Assembly: GCA_026936335.1 (NCBI GenBank)
Contig: JAPMXV010000003.1
Span: 186,001-250,000 of the forward strand
Direction: 5' to 3'
Length of the DNA stretch: 64,000 bases
Origin: Mantamonas sphyraenae STR306
Lineage: Eukaryota > Protista > CRuMs
The notes under the pieces are model-generated. The model was not told the DNA's origin. It saw nothing but the letters and a program-made list of their open reading frames with translations, and ran no database searches. The position numbers and the translations under genes are program-made. Position 1 is the first letter of the stretch; each line of letters opens with the position of its first letter. This document shows, piece by piece, positions 32,734 through 43,211 of this stretch.

Positions 32734-35589
32734 ATGGATTTCGATTTCGACATGGACATGGACTTTATGTCCGGCATTGATGATCTGCTGGGAGGCATGG
32801 ATGACATCCTCGGTGGAGGTGATGCTCCCATGACCGGGTCCGTGAGTTTGGATAAACCTGCAGCGAAGCCCAAACCGGCAGCCGCCGCCCCTGCTCCAGC
32901 CCCCACGTCTGCGGCCAGCAACAGCTCGTTTGGCTCGTTTGACCTCGACAGCCTGAATTTGGACATGGATTTCGATTCCATGCTGGGCGACGATCTGGGC
33001 ATGGGTCTTTCGAGCACCACCAGTGCAGCACCCAGCTCCACGGCGGCGGCAACAACGGCCGGCAGCGACCCGTTGGCCTCCGGGTTGGACGACATGGGCA
33101 TGGATCTGGCCACCACCGCACCCGCAGCACTCGGCAGCCAAAGCGCAAAGGCCAGCACGCACGTTTCGGAAGCACACACGAGCTCTGTGGCGAAGGAAGA
33201 GCCCAAGGCGGTGGTTGAACCGGCAAAGGAAGCCAGGCGGGATTCGGATTTCGACGCCACGGGAACCACGTCCGCAGCGGCCACAGCGGGCACGGTGTCG
33301 AAGCGAAGCAAGCGGGACCCAGAGGCACGGAAGCGGGCAGAGGCAGAGCGGAAGCAAAAGGAGGCACGGGAAGAGGCAGCACGACAGGCGAGGGCGGAAC
33401 AGCAGCGGATTGAGGCCGCGGCCCAGGAAAAGATTCGGGCACAGAGAGAGGCCAAGGATCAGGCTCGCAAGGAGGAGGAGGAGCGGAAAATGGCAGCGGA
33501 AATGCAGCGGGTTGCGGCGGAGGAGGAAAAGAGGAGGCGGAAGGAGGAGCGACGTAGGGCACGGGAACGTGAGGAGGAGCAACGGGAACGAGATCGGGTG
33601 GTGGAGGAGCGTAGGAGGGCACGTGAGCAAGCCATGGAACAGAGACGTCGCCAGGAGGAGGCACGAAAGAGGTCATTGGCTCAGGCGGTGCCTGAGAAAC
33701 CAGCGGTGCCTCGATTCCACGTGGTGATGCCCAGCAAGCGCAACGCCACCCCGCAGCCGCCTCCGCCGCCGCCGGAAAAGCCAGGCGTGCCTCGTTTTCG
33801 CAACGTGGTGCCCAGCAAACCCGTGGAAGTGTACACAGACCCAACTCCGCAGGAGATGGTTGCCCAACGGCGTGCTGCACGTCGTCATCGTAACAAGGAG
33901 ATGCAGCGTGTCAAGCGCGCCGCCCAGCAGTTTCACAAACACAAGGTGGCCAAGCGTCAGGTGGAACGCAGGGAATCTCGTCAGGATCGCCAGCGCGAAG
34001 TATACATTCAAGCCCTGGAGGAGGGCAACCAGGCTCTGGAGGAGGATGTGGCACAAGTCATCGAATTGCGTCGCGAACGCATGTATCAGGCCTTGTACGG
34101 AGGTGGTCAACACAGTCAGCTTCATCATCACGGCGTCCAGCCTCGTGTCATGGGTGACGAGGCTGACGCGGGCTTGGGTGCCAGTGGATACCACCAGGGG
34201 CAGCAGCAGCATCGTGGGCGAGTGAGCAATGTGGCCATGGCATGGGGTCTGGCACCACCCGCGCCATTCCCATCCAAAGAGGCGCTACGCAAATTTCGTA
34301 CACCTCACATGTGGGCAGGACCGGCTGTGGAGGCGTCGCGGCAATGGAAGCGTCAGCAGTGGGCGCAGAGGCAGACCGAGGAGGACGAGGACGGCGCCGG
34401 CGGCGTAGGGGAGGGTGTGTGGGGCGATGGAATCGGTGGTGACATGGATAGCAAGGGCGAGTATTTGGTGGACGAGTTGACCACAGATGCGTCGGTGGAC
34501 ACAGAGGCGTTTGAAACACTTGCTGGTCAGCTGCAGCGCGAGTTTGGTGGCCGCGGGTCGCCGTATGCACAACCACGTACACAGAATGCCAGTCTGATGA
34601 TGAGTATGATGTCGCACAGTCGCGAGAGGGGTGACAATGGAGAGCAGTGGGGTGTCATGCACGACGGCAAGGGAGCACATGTGCACGACGATGACGAAGA
34701 TGATGACGATGACGATGACGATGAGGGTGACAAGGACGAGGATGATGGCGACGATGGGAACCAGGGCAGTCGAAATCGGTCGCATGGAAGCCGAAGCAGC
34801 AGCAAAGAGAACCACGGACGGGAAGAGGAAGGTGGACGCAGCACTGGGAACAGACGGGCACGTCGCAGGGGCTCGCAATCGTCGGGAGGACGTGCAAAAA
34901 CCGGTCGCCGTGGCTCGATATCGTCGTTGGGCGGCCACAAGAGTCGGCGTGGGAATCCACTGCTGGACAACACGACGATGGCGCGGGCCATCCTGGACAC
35001 GGAGCGCAGCTTTTCCAGCGACGCCATCTACTACCAGGACGCCACGGGGGCAATGTTGGACACCAGCGAATCGGAATTGAGTGCCAACGAAGGCGGTGGA
35101 GGTGGCGGTGGCGGTGGCTCATCATCGCACCACACGGTGGCGACGCGACGATCAGGCCATCGTGCGCGGCCGTCGAGTGCACGCAGCAGGGGCGGGCGTC
35201 GTGGACGGGCGGCACACAACAACACAATGGCCAGCACAGCCGCACTGGAGAGCACCGAGCGAACAGATGTGGACATGGACTTTGTGCGGGCACTGCAAAG
35301 CAAGCTGGCAGCGTTGGCCGCTCAGCAGGAGGCGGCAGAACGCCAAGCACAGGCGCAGGCACAGGCACAGGCGCAGGCGAAAGCTCAGGCCAAAGCAAGT
35401 GTGCGCGTGGCACGTATGGAAAGGGATGGCCACCAGGGAGTGGACGCGCAGGCGCCCAGGTACAAGTCGGTCGTCCTGCGCAAGGAACGTTCTGAAGAGG
35501 GACGCAGCACAACGACGGGAACAAGGAATCGAGAGGATGCATTGGGTATGTTTGGCATTCGTACGACGCGGACAGGGAGTACGCGTTGA
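32734..35589 (+). CDS. Large disordered/coiled-coil hypothetical protein
   Basis: About 950 aa open frame; N-terminal D/F/M/L-rich motifs, E/R-rich helix, duplicated PEKPxVPRF motif. Confidence 0.65.
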   Translation: MDFDFDMDMDFMSGIDDLLGGMDDILGGGDAPMTGSVSLDKPAAKPKPAAAAPAPAPTSAASNSSFGSFDLDSLNLDMDFDSMLGDDLGMGLSSTTSAAPSSTAAATTAGSDPLASGLDDMGMDLATTAPAALGSQSAKASTHVSEAHTSSVAKEEPKAVVEPAKEARRDSDFDATGTTSAAATAGTVSKRSKRDPEARKRAEAERKQKEAREEAARQARAEQQRIEAAAQEKIRAQREAKDQARKEEEERKMAAEMQRVAAEEEKRRRKEERRRAREREEEQRERDRVVEERRRAREQAMEQRRRQEEARKRSLAQAVPEKPAVPRFHVVMPSKRNATPQPPPPPPEKPGVPRFRNVVPSKPVEVYTDPTPQEMVAQRRAARRHRNKEMQRVKRAAQQFHKHKVAKRQVERRESRQDRQREVYIQALEEGNQALEEDVAQVIELRRERMYQALYGGGQHSQLHHHGVQPRVMGDEADAGLGASGYHQGQQQHRGRVSNVAMAWGLAPPAPFPSKEALRKFRTPHMWAGPAVEASRQWKRQQWAQRQTEEDEDGAGGVGEGVWGDGIGGDMDSKGEYLVDELTTDASVDTEAFETLAGQLQREFGGRGSPYAQPRTQNASLMMSMMSHSRERGDNGEQWGVMHDGKGAHVHDDDEDDDDDDDDEGDKDEDDGDDGNQGSRNRSHGSRSSSKENHGREEEGGRSTGNRRARRRGSQSSGGRAKTGRRGSISSLGGHKSRRGNPLLDNTTMARAILDTERSFSSDAIYYQDATGAMLDTSESELSANEGGGGGGGGGSSSHHTVATRRSGHRARPSSARSRGGRRGRAAHNNTMASTAALESTERTDVDMDFVRALQSKLAALAAQQEAAERQAQAQAQAQAQAKAQAKASVRVARMERDGHQGVDAQAPRYKSVVLRKERSEEGRSTTTGTRNREDALGMFGIRTTRTGSTR

Positions 35590-35598
35590 GCTCGATTT

Positions 35599-37740
35599 CT
35601 ACGACGCGGCGGTTGTTCCACTCTGGGATCCCGTCGGCCCGATGTAGCTGATGTAGAACGTGAACGTGATGTTGATGGCATACAAAATGACAAATGGGAT
35701 GGCCATGATAAAGTAGTTGCGTCCTTCTTCCAGCCGCGTGGCAATGAAGCGGAGCATTTGCAGGTCGGTGATATCCTCCACTTCCTGCGCCTTGCGCAGC
35801 TTGTACTTCCAGATCTTCCACACCATCAGTGTCTCCAGGCAGGCCATGAATAGTACCACCAGGTACTTGAGCTCCACAATGCCCAAAGAGTGTGCATCGA
35901 GGCCATACGAGACCGTGCGGTTCCTGTCAACGCTGAGGACGAAAAAGTCCATGAGGAGAGTGACCATAAGGACGATGACACCAATGATCTCTGTGATGGC
36001 ATCCTGTGCTCCGTGCTGCAGGTGCAACTGCAGCATTTCTGCCTCTGTAGCGCGTCCCTCGTCCGAAGTGATGCCCATGCAGTCGGTCACGCGGCGCAAC
36101 GTGAGCGAGAAGCAGTTCATGCCCCAATCCCACAGCATGCCAGAATTGCGCAGCACAGCGCGTGCAGATTGGATGATGAGAAGAAAGAGAAAGTTCAGGT
36201 CAAGCTGGCTTTGGTCGCCGGACCAGAGGAAAATGAGGTCGACAATGAGTGCATCACACATTTGGAAAATGAACAACGACTCGATGGCCTCTGTTTTTGT
36301 GCGAGTGGCACAGCGGAAGTAACGGTAGGCCAGAGGTGTGATGATCACACTCATGGCCAGCTGGTAGCCAATGGTGAGCAGAAGGATGCTTTGCACGTCC
36401 TTCACGGCAATCAAGTTGTTGATCACAATGTGCGGGAGAGCGCCGACGGCAGTGACCATCCACCAGAAGCCTCCCACAACGTAGCCGAGGTTGTGGCGAA
36501 TGTAGCGATACGACTCTAGCACAGCGGTCATGGACGGGATGATGAACACCGTGTAGAAGAGCGCCCAGACGATATCAAAAGGGATGATGTTGTGCAAAAG
36601 GCCGAGTCCAAGTGCGATAGTGCCTGTTGTGGCAAAGCCTGTGGTCCAGCCGAGGAGGGAAGACTGCGGTTTGCGGCCAGGAATGCGCGGGGTCAACCCA
36701 GCTTCCAGGGCGTTGTTCGCTGCCGTGCGGGTCAGTGAATGCAACTTGACTTGGCCCAGGTGCTTGTTGCTTGCGTCACCAGCCACCATGCCTTTTACGT
36801 AGGCGAGGGAGCGTGTGCTGGTCGACCCGGCGATCTCCTCGCTGGCGTTGGAGTCGGTTTCGTTCGCGAACCAGTTGCCTGCCATGGGCACACTGGCAGT
36901 GTTGGGACGACTAGAGTGCCTCTCAACGTCGCCACTACGCACACCAGCAGCCGACTTTGCACTTGTGGTGGTGTCTGGGCGATGGCCGCCGGCGCGAGCG
37001 GGGCTTGAAGGTTCCGAGGGCGCAAGGGAGGCAGTTTCCACGCCGCCGCGCTGGACCGTCGCAGTGGGCGACACCGTGTCCTCTGTGGGTTGACCGCCGG
37101 TGCCCACGTCATCAGGGTTGGCGGAATGCGTGGAGGATACAGAGGCCGAGTCGCTGCTTCCCTCCGATGGCATGGGGGCGATGGCGTTTGCCGGGGCCTT
37201 GAAAAAAGGAAGGGTTCCGTGCTGGTATTTGTAGCGAGCGGCGTAATAGTAAAACGGCAGCAACCAGGCAATGTAGCTGAAGAAGCGGATGTCGACGAAC
37301 GGTGGGATGTTGTTTACGTGGATGGCCAGCGGGTAGATTGCTGTGTAAAGGCAGAAGATGCCTATGTACATGAAACGGGTCTCGCGGCGCGAGAGGACGG
37401 TGGAATCATACTTGATGCACACACTGTGGCACAGAATGACAGGGAAAAACGTAAAACACAGCGTGTATGGGTAGGAACGCCATGTGCGCGTGTTGATGAG
37501 CCTGTCCTCGATGACTAGAGTGCCAAAATATGCCAGCAGAGGCAGCGCAAAGGTTGGAAACACAAGCAGCTGCACAAGCACAGACACAATTCGGCGCACA
37601 CACAAAACCTTCTGGTGCGCCTCACTCTTCACCGGGATGGGCTGCGGCGTGTCCGTTTTGGTGGGGCACACGGACCGCATGGCGAACGACGGACGCTGGA
37701 ATTGTTGGGTGCCTCTGAGCAAGCGTTGACGCGGCGACAT
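35599..37740 (-). CDS. Orphan multipass membrane protein (~13 TM), tandem paralog A
   Basis: Intronless; ~4 TM, long S/T-rich loop, then ~9 TM; aligns with the adjacent paralog. Confidence 0.8.
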   Translation of the reverse strand: MSPRQRLLRGTQQFQRPSFAMRSVCPTKTDTPQPIPVKSEAHQKVLCVRRIVSVLVQLLVFPTFALPLLAYFGTLVIEDRLINTRTWRSYPYTLCFTFFPVILCHSVCIKYDSTVLSRRETRFMYIGIFCLYTAIYPLAIHVNNIPPFVDIRFFSYIAWLLPFYYYAARYKYQHGTLPFFKAPANAIAPMPSEGSSDSASVSSTHSANPDDVGTGGQPTEDTVSPTATVQRGGVETASLAPSEPSSPARAGGHRPDTTTSAKSAAGVRSGDVERHSSRPNTASVPMAGNWFANETDSNASEEIAGSTSTRSLAYVKGMVAGDASNKHLGQVKLHSLTRTAANNALEAGLTPRIPGRKPQSSLLGWTTGFATTGTIALGLGLLHNIIPFDIVWALFYTVFIIPSMTAVLESYRYIRHNLGYVVGGFWWMVTAVGALPHIVINNLIAVKDVQSILLLTIGYQLAMSVIITPLAYRYFRCATRTKTEAIESLFIFQMCDALIVDLIFLWSGDQSQLDLNFLFLLIIQSARAVLRNSGMLWDWGMNCFSLTLRRVTDCMGITSDEGRATEAEMLQLHLQHGAQDAITEIIGVIVLMVTLLMDFFVLSVDRNRTVSYGLDAHSLGIVELKYLVVLFMACLETLMVWKIWKYKLRKAQEVEDITDLQMLRFIATRLEEGRNYFIMAIPFVILYAINITFTFYISYIGPTGSQSGTTAAS
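35688..36045. repeat. Direct repeat copy 1 (~360 bp, near-identical to 37904-38261)
   Basis: Direct comparison shows long identical runs with a few single-base changes and one short divergent patch. Confidence 0.9.
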
Positions 37741-37826
37741 GTTGTGGGAGGAGGCAGGAGGGGGAAAGGAGGGAAGGGGAAACACACAGGTGTGTTCATT
37801 GTCCGACAATCCGAAGCATGTCCTCG

Positions 37827-39959
37827 TCAATCCAAGCCGGGAGAACTGTCGCTGCCGATGGCGGTCGCGTAGAAGCCAAACGTGATGTTCACGGCGTACA
37901 AGGTGACAAATGGGATGGCCATCATAAAGTAGTTGCGTCCTTCTTCCAGTCGCGTGGCAATGAAGCGGAGCATTTGCAGGTCGGTGATATCCTCCACCTC
38001 CTGCGCCTTGCGCAGCTTGTACTTCCAGATCTTCCACACCATCAGTGTCTCCAGGCAGGCCATGAATAGTACCACCAGGTACTTGAGCTCCACAATGCCC
38101 AAAGAGTGTGCATCGAGGCCATACGAGACCGTGCGGTTGTTTTCGGTACTGAGGACGAAAAAGTCCATGAGGAGAGTGACCATAAGGACGATGACACCAA
38201 TGATCTCTGTGATGGCATCCTGTGCGCCGTGCTGCAGGTGCAACTGCAGCATTTCTGCCTCGCTGACTTCCCATTCGCTGCGGTCAAAGCCGCAGCAGGA
38301 AAAGGCTCTGCCGAGCGTCTGCTGGAAACAGGACATGCCACAGTCCCACAGCATGCCAGAGTTGCGCAGCACAGCACGTGCAGACTGGATGATGAGCAGG
38401 AGCACAAACTCGACATCAAACCTGCTTTGATCGCCAGCCCAGAGGAAAATGAGGTCGACAATGAGCGCGTCGCACATTTGAAAGATGAACAACGACTCGA
38501 TGGCCTCTGTTTTTGTGCGAGTCGTGCAACGAAACAGGCGATAGGCGACGGGTGTGACGACGAAGCTCATGACCAGTTGGTAGCCAATGGTGAGCAGAAG
38601 GATGCTTTGCACGTCATCGAGTGCACGGAGTACGGCCACCACAATGTGAGGCAAGGCACCCACGGCTGTGATCATCCACCAGAGACCTGCAAATACATGA
38701 GCCAAGTCGTGGCGGATGTACTTGTAGCTCTCGAGCAGAGTCCAAATGGGGATTTGGAAGGCAACGATGTAGTAGACGCTGCCCCACAGTGGGTGGGTGC
38801 TGACACCATGAAAGAGGCCAAAGCTGGCACTCTGGACAAAGGTGATACTGACGAAGGAAATGACAGGCATGAATGTGGTGTCGTTGGGCCGTTGTGCCTC
38901 CTTTTCCGGCTCTTCGTGCAGGGCATCACGCAAGGCATACGCCTTGGCATTGCCAATGGGTTTGGCGTGCGTGTTTGCAAACAGAGCGTTGTTGATGGCC
39001 CTGGTCTCGGCCAAGTCCACATCCGTGGCATGTGCACTGTGTGCGGTACGGTGCGTGGCCTGGCTGTGCACCTCGCGTGGACGACCACTGGCCATACTGG
39101 ACGTGGCAGACACCCACTGTCCCTGGGAGGGACGTGGCGCAGATGTGACTGATGCGTGGGACGCGTGCGACTGCTGGTCTTGGGACTGACGACGGCTGCC
39201 GGGATGGCTGCGCTCCATGCTGTTGAGCTCGGGAACGTCGGTTGAGGGCGAAGAGCGGCGCACGTCTGCAGTCACACTGGTGTCTTCTGCTGTCTCCTGT
39301 GGCCCCAGAGAATCATCTCGGCCGGAGAGGGAACGGGGAGAGCGGACACCTTGCGCCTCGGCTTCCGGACGCAGGGTGGCCGCACGTCGTTTGCCCAGCC
39401 ACCATCTGCGGATGACAAAGATGAAGTAGGGCAGGTTCCAGAAGATGTAGCTGGTGTTGCGCGCGTCCGGGTACGGCGGCGTGTTGTTCATGGCCATTGT
39501 GGCAGGGTACAGGGCGACGTAAAGGACGACAAGGGAGGTGAAAAGAAAGATGGTTTCGCGGCGTTGAAATACTTTTGGGTCGTACTTTTGGCACAGAGAG
39601 TAACACAGCACGACGGGGAAGGAGGTGAAGCAAAGGAGGTATGGGAAGGACATCCAGGTTCGTTCCTGATTGATCCGATCCGACACGACCAGGGTGCCCA
39701 CAAACGCGAGCATCGGCAGCATCACCGTCGGCGCAACCAGCAGCTGCACAAGCACCGACACAATGCGGCGCACACACAGCAGCTCCTGGTGCGAGTGCAC
39801 TTTCCGGCTCAGGCCTTCACTGTCGTCGCAGCATGGCATTTGCTGGGAGGGTTTTACAGGCTGAGCTTTGTTTTTTTCATGCGTCGGCCGGCGACTTGCC
39901 CATGCACGGGAGAACAAGCGTGTCATCGAAGTTGGATCTCCCTGTGCAAGTGTGTCCAT
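37827..39959 (-). CDS. Orphan multipass membrane protein (~13 TM), tandem paralog B (start uncertain)
   Basis: Same topology as paralog A; shares LCVRRIVSVLVQLLV and a near-identical C-terminal segment. Confidence 0.8.
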   Translation of the reverse strand: MDTLAQGDPTSMTRLFSRAWASRRPTHEKNKAQPVKPSQQMPCCDDSEGLSRKVHSHQELLCVRRIVSVLVQLLVAPTVMLPMLAFVGTLVVSDRINQERTWMSFPYLLCFTSFPVVLCYSLCQKYDPKVFQRRETIFLFTSLVVLYVALYPATMAMNNTPPYPDARNTSYIFWNLPYFIFVIRRWWLGKRRAATLRPEAEAQGVRSPRSLSGRDDSLGPQETAEDTSVTADVRRSSPSTDVPELNSMERSHPGSRRQSQDQQSHASHASVTSAPRPSQGQWVSATSSMASGRPREVHSQATHRTAHSAHATDVDLAETRAINNALFANTHAKPIGNAKAYALRDALHEEPEKEAQRPNDTTFMPVISFVSITFVQSASFGLFHGVSTHPLWGSVYYIVAFQIPIWTLLESYKYIRHDLAHVFAGLWWMITAVGALPHIVVAVLRALDDVQSILLLTIGYQLVMSFVVTPVAYRLFRCTTRTKTEAIESLFIFQMCDALIVDLIFLWAGDQSRFDVEFVLLLIIQSARAVLRNSGMLWDCGMSCFQQTLGRAFSCCGFDRSEWEVSEAEMLQLHLQHGAQDAITEIIGVIVLMVTLLMDFFVLSTENNRTVSYGLDAHSLGIVELKYLVVLFMACLETLMVWKIWKYKLRKAQEVEDITDLQMLRFIATRLEEGRNYFMMAIPFVTLYAVNITFGFYATAIGSDSSPGLD
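37904..38261. repeat. Direct repeat copy 2 (~360 bp)
   Basis: Near-identical to 35688-36045. Confidence 0.9.
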
Positions 39960-40073
39960 GGGTGGTGCGTCGATGTGATGGCGATGTGTGCCATGTGTGG
40001 TGCAGTGAGTGGGTGGTGCGCAGGAGTGCGCCCTGCGCGAGCGTTTGCAAACTTTTCCCTCCATCGAGCAGCG

Positions 40074-43000
40074 ATGTCCACACCTGAGGAGACCGTGTTG
40101 ACATCCATGGTCCTGCGTGGGCGTTGGCAGTTGTTGAAGAAGATTGGCCAGGGCGCATTCGGTGAGTTGGGACACGAGGTGGAAGACTGAGCTGAGAAGG
40201 CATGCACAGCAACTCCCGGAGCACACGCAGTCCGTCGCCAAGGCAACACCCTCAGCCACACGCAGTCCGTAGTCCCTCTGTCAACAGTGCGCGTGTAGGG
40301 ATGGACATGGCAGGAGATGTTGCTTGGATGGAATGGGGTTGTTTCATGCTGAGCTGCAGGGGGAGACGCTGACACAAATAGGGTTGTGGACTGGATCTCG
40401 ATGCACGCGTGTTTGTTCTCTTCGCATCCGCTCGTACGCAGGATCCATCTATGTTGCCGAGGACATGGAGACGGGTGAGAAGGTGGCCATCAAGGTCGAG
40501 TCGCTGAAGAGCAAGAAGCAGGTGTTGAAGTGCGAGGTGGCTGTGCTGAAAAAGTTGCAGAACTGCAAACGGGTCGCCAGCTACATCAGCTGCGGCCGCA
40601 ACTCCGAGTGCAACTACCTCGTCATGGACCTCCTTGGTGACAACGTAAGTTTCGCCCCAACCCATCCATCACATGGTCAAGTCGCCATAGTGGATGTGCC
40701 CATCCTGGGTGGCAAAGGAAAGGAAAAGCAAAAACTCACACTCCAAGCGCGCCTCCGCGCCACGAACCGCCGCCGCTCCACCGGCCCGTTTCTCAGCTCT
40801 CGGACATCCGCAAGGCTCAGCACGAGCAGCGCTTCTCCCTGGCCACTTCCATGCGCCTGGGTACACAGATGCTGCGTGCCTTGGAGGCCATGCACATGTG
40901 TGGTTATGTCCACCGCGATGTCAAGCCTGTACGTGGCCGCCGCGTGAGCAGAACTGGTTGCTTTTTTCCGACCCTCCCCAACTTTTGTGTGCCGCATCGC
41001 TCACCCGTCCTCCCGCGCCGTTTCCACAGAGCAATTTCTGCGTGGGACGAGGCAAGAAGCGCAAGCAAGTGTTTGTGCTTGACTTTGGCCTGTCCCGTCG
41101 CATCATCGATTCCAACGGCGAACACAGACTGGTACGTTTTGTGTCGCCGCCCGTCGTCCCTTTCCATCGCCGCCCGCTCTGCTGCTGCAGGCACGCTCAC
41201 ACCCACGCCGTCACACAACCATCCCACAGGAACGGCAAAACGTCGGATTCCGAGGCACGGCACGCTACGCCTCCATCCATTCGCACGCAGGCAGGGTAAG
41301 AGAAACGTGTTTCCCATGCGTCCACAACCCCACCCCGCATGGCAGCCGACCCCACAGCCACCGCACACCGCCACGGTTGGCATGCACATGACGTGCCACT
41401 CACGCACGAACCCGAATGCACAGGATCTGGGACGGCGAGACGACCTGTTGTCGTTGTTTTACGTTCTCATCGAATTCCTTGTGGGCTCGCTGCCCTGGCG
41501 CAAGCTGAGGGACAAGGACGAGATTGGAAAGAAGAAGGAGCAGTTTTCGGGGGAGGACCTTGTGGAGGGCCTGCCCACGGAGCTGCTGACGTTTTACAAC
41601 CACGTCAACGGGCTTGCGTTTGAGGAGGAGCCCAACTACTCGCTGCTGCGCTTGTGCCTAAACGAGATGTACCTCAAGAGTGAACCGCACCGTGCGGACT
41701 GGGACATGCACTACGGTGGTGCCATGGGCCATGGAAGCCACAACGGAGGCGGCCGGGAGGTGGTGGGCACGAAGAAGGTCATGGCCAACCTGATGGACAA
41801 CCTGCTGAACCGCAAGGGGGGAAACAACGCCGGCAAAGAGCTGGCGCTCAATCTGCAAAGTCCCTCCAAGGTTGCCATCAGCGACAAGGAGCTGCTGGAC
41901 AAGTTGGCGGAGGAGGAGGAGCGACGGGAACGCGACAGGCAGCACAAGGCGGCCGCGGCAGCAGAACGTGCCAAGCTGAAGGAGGCGGCGGGAGCAACGG
42001 GGTCGAGCTCATCGTCGGGGGCGGCCAGAGACAACAACAACAACAACACCACCGCCTCCAGCAACAATGACAACGAGGGATTGGAGGGCGGCGACCCACA
42101 CCGCTCCGGAGTAGTGATCCACATCAACGGACCGCAGCATGTACATACGCCTGCGTCGGGCCAACAGCAGCAGCAGCAGCAACAGCGAGTGCGTGAACAA
42201 ATGATGGATGAGGGCGATGACGAGCAGATGCAGGAGGAACACGACAAGCGGCTTGCATTGGGCGGATCATCGGTGGCGGACGAGGAGTCCGTGGATGTGC
42301 AGCTGCGCAGGGGCAGCGAACCTGTGGAGGGCAAGGCGGCACGTGCGGCAGCGATGGGTGAGGTGACACCCGAGGCACGCAAGGTTTCGCTGACGGGTGC
42401 GACAGCAAACCGGTTAACACGCAGTGCACAGCCGGGCGTGGGCTCCAAGAGTCCCATGCGGACGGGAGGCCTGTTCAGTGGACGCAAACAGAGCAACAAC
42501 GCGCTGGCAAACGGCAACAAAATCCGTGTGGGGCCGTCGCAGTTTACGTCGCGGATCGTGGAGCAGGAGACGCACGTGGGTCTGCGCAGCGTCAACTCGA
42601 TGGGCTCGGACAGGATGGTGCAGACCAACGCCAACGGACGCTGGACGTCCAACGGCATCCTGCTGCAGAGTGGCGGAAGCACCAGCGAAGCCTTGCGTCG
42701 CGCACCGAGCGCGGCCAACAGTGGTGAGCAGGCGTCGCGCAGTCCCCTTCCGCTGTCCCTCTCGCACATGAATCACATGTCGTTTAACGAGGACGTGGTG
42801 GCCAGCACCGTACGCGAGACAAACGTCGACGACCTCACAGCGGATGCAGACATGATGACAGCCACATTGGGGGGCGGTGGAGGAAGCACAGCGGGCCAGG
42901 GCGGCGCTGGCGTAGGCTCGGGACTCGCCGGCTTGCGTATGGCAAACTCCACGAGCAGAGACAGCAGGGAGGAGGCACAGCTGACGAGTGCCACCCACGA

Positions 43001-43184
43001 CACCGTACGTCCGTCGGGGAAACAACAGACTGGCGGCAAGGCTGGACGGTCTCTCTCGCACGACACCTTGCAAGAGCGCGACGTCGAGGCAGATGCAGAG
43101 TCACCAGCCAAGACACCCGTGGCAGCGGGCGGTGCAGGAGGCGCATCATCCAGTGGGCAGGGCTGCAAATGTGTGATCCTTTGA
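40074..43184 (+). CDS. TTBK: Tau-tubulin kinase (CK1 superfamily), 6 exons, C-terminal CaaX
   Basis: Spliced: KKIGQGAFG, KVES..KKQVLKCEVAVLKKLQ, HRDVKPSNF, DFGLSR, FRGTARYAS, RRDDLLSLFY..LPWR; ends CKCVIL*. Confidence 0.9.
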
Positions 43185-43211
43185 TGTGTTTCCAACAAAC
43201 GACAACGTTGT

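Noticed and set aside
35599-38274. 891 aa ORF as a single protein
   Set aside because: Its first ~180 aa are an off-frame read-through of paralog B's 3' end; homology between the paralogs begins after Met 37740.
35599-39959. Insect odorant/gustatory receptor-like 7TM ion channels
   Set aside because: About 13 predicted helices and no recognisable TM7 motif; not supportable without a structure search.
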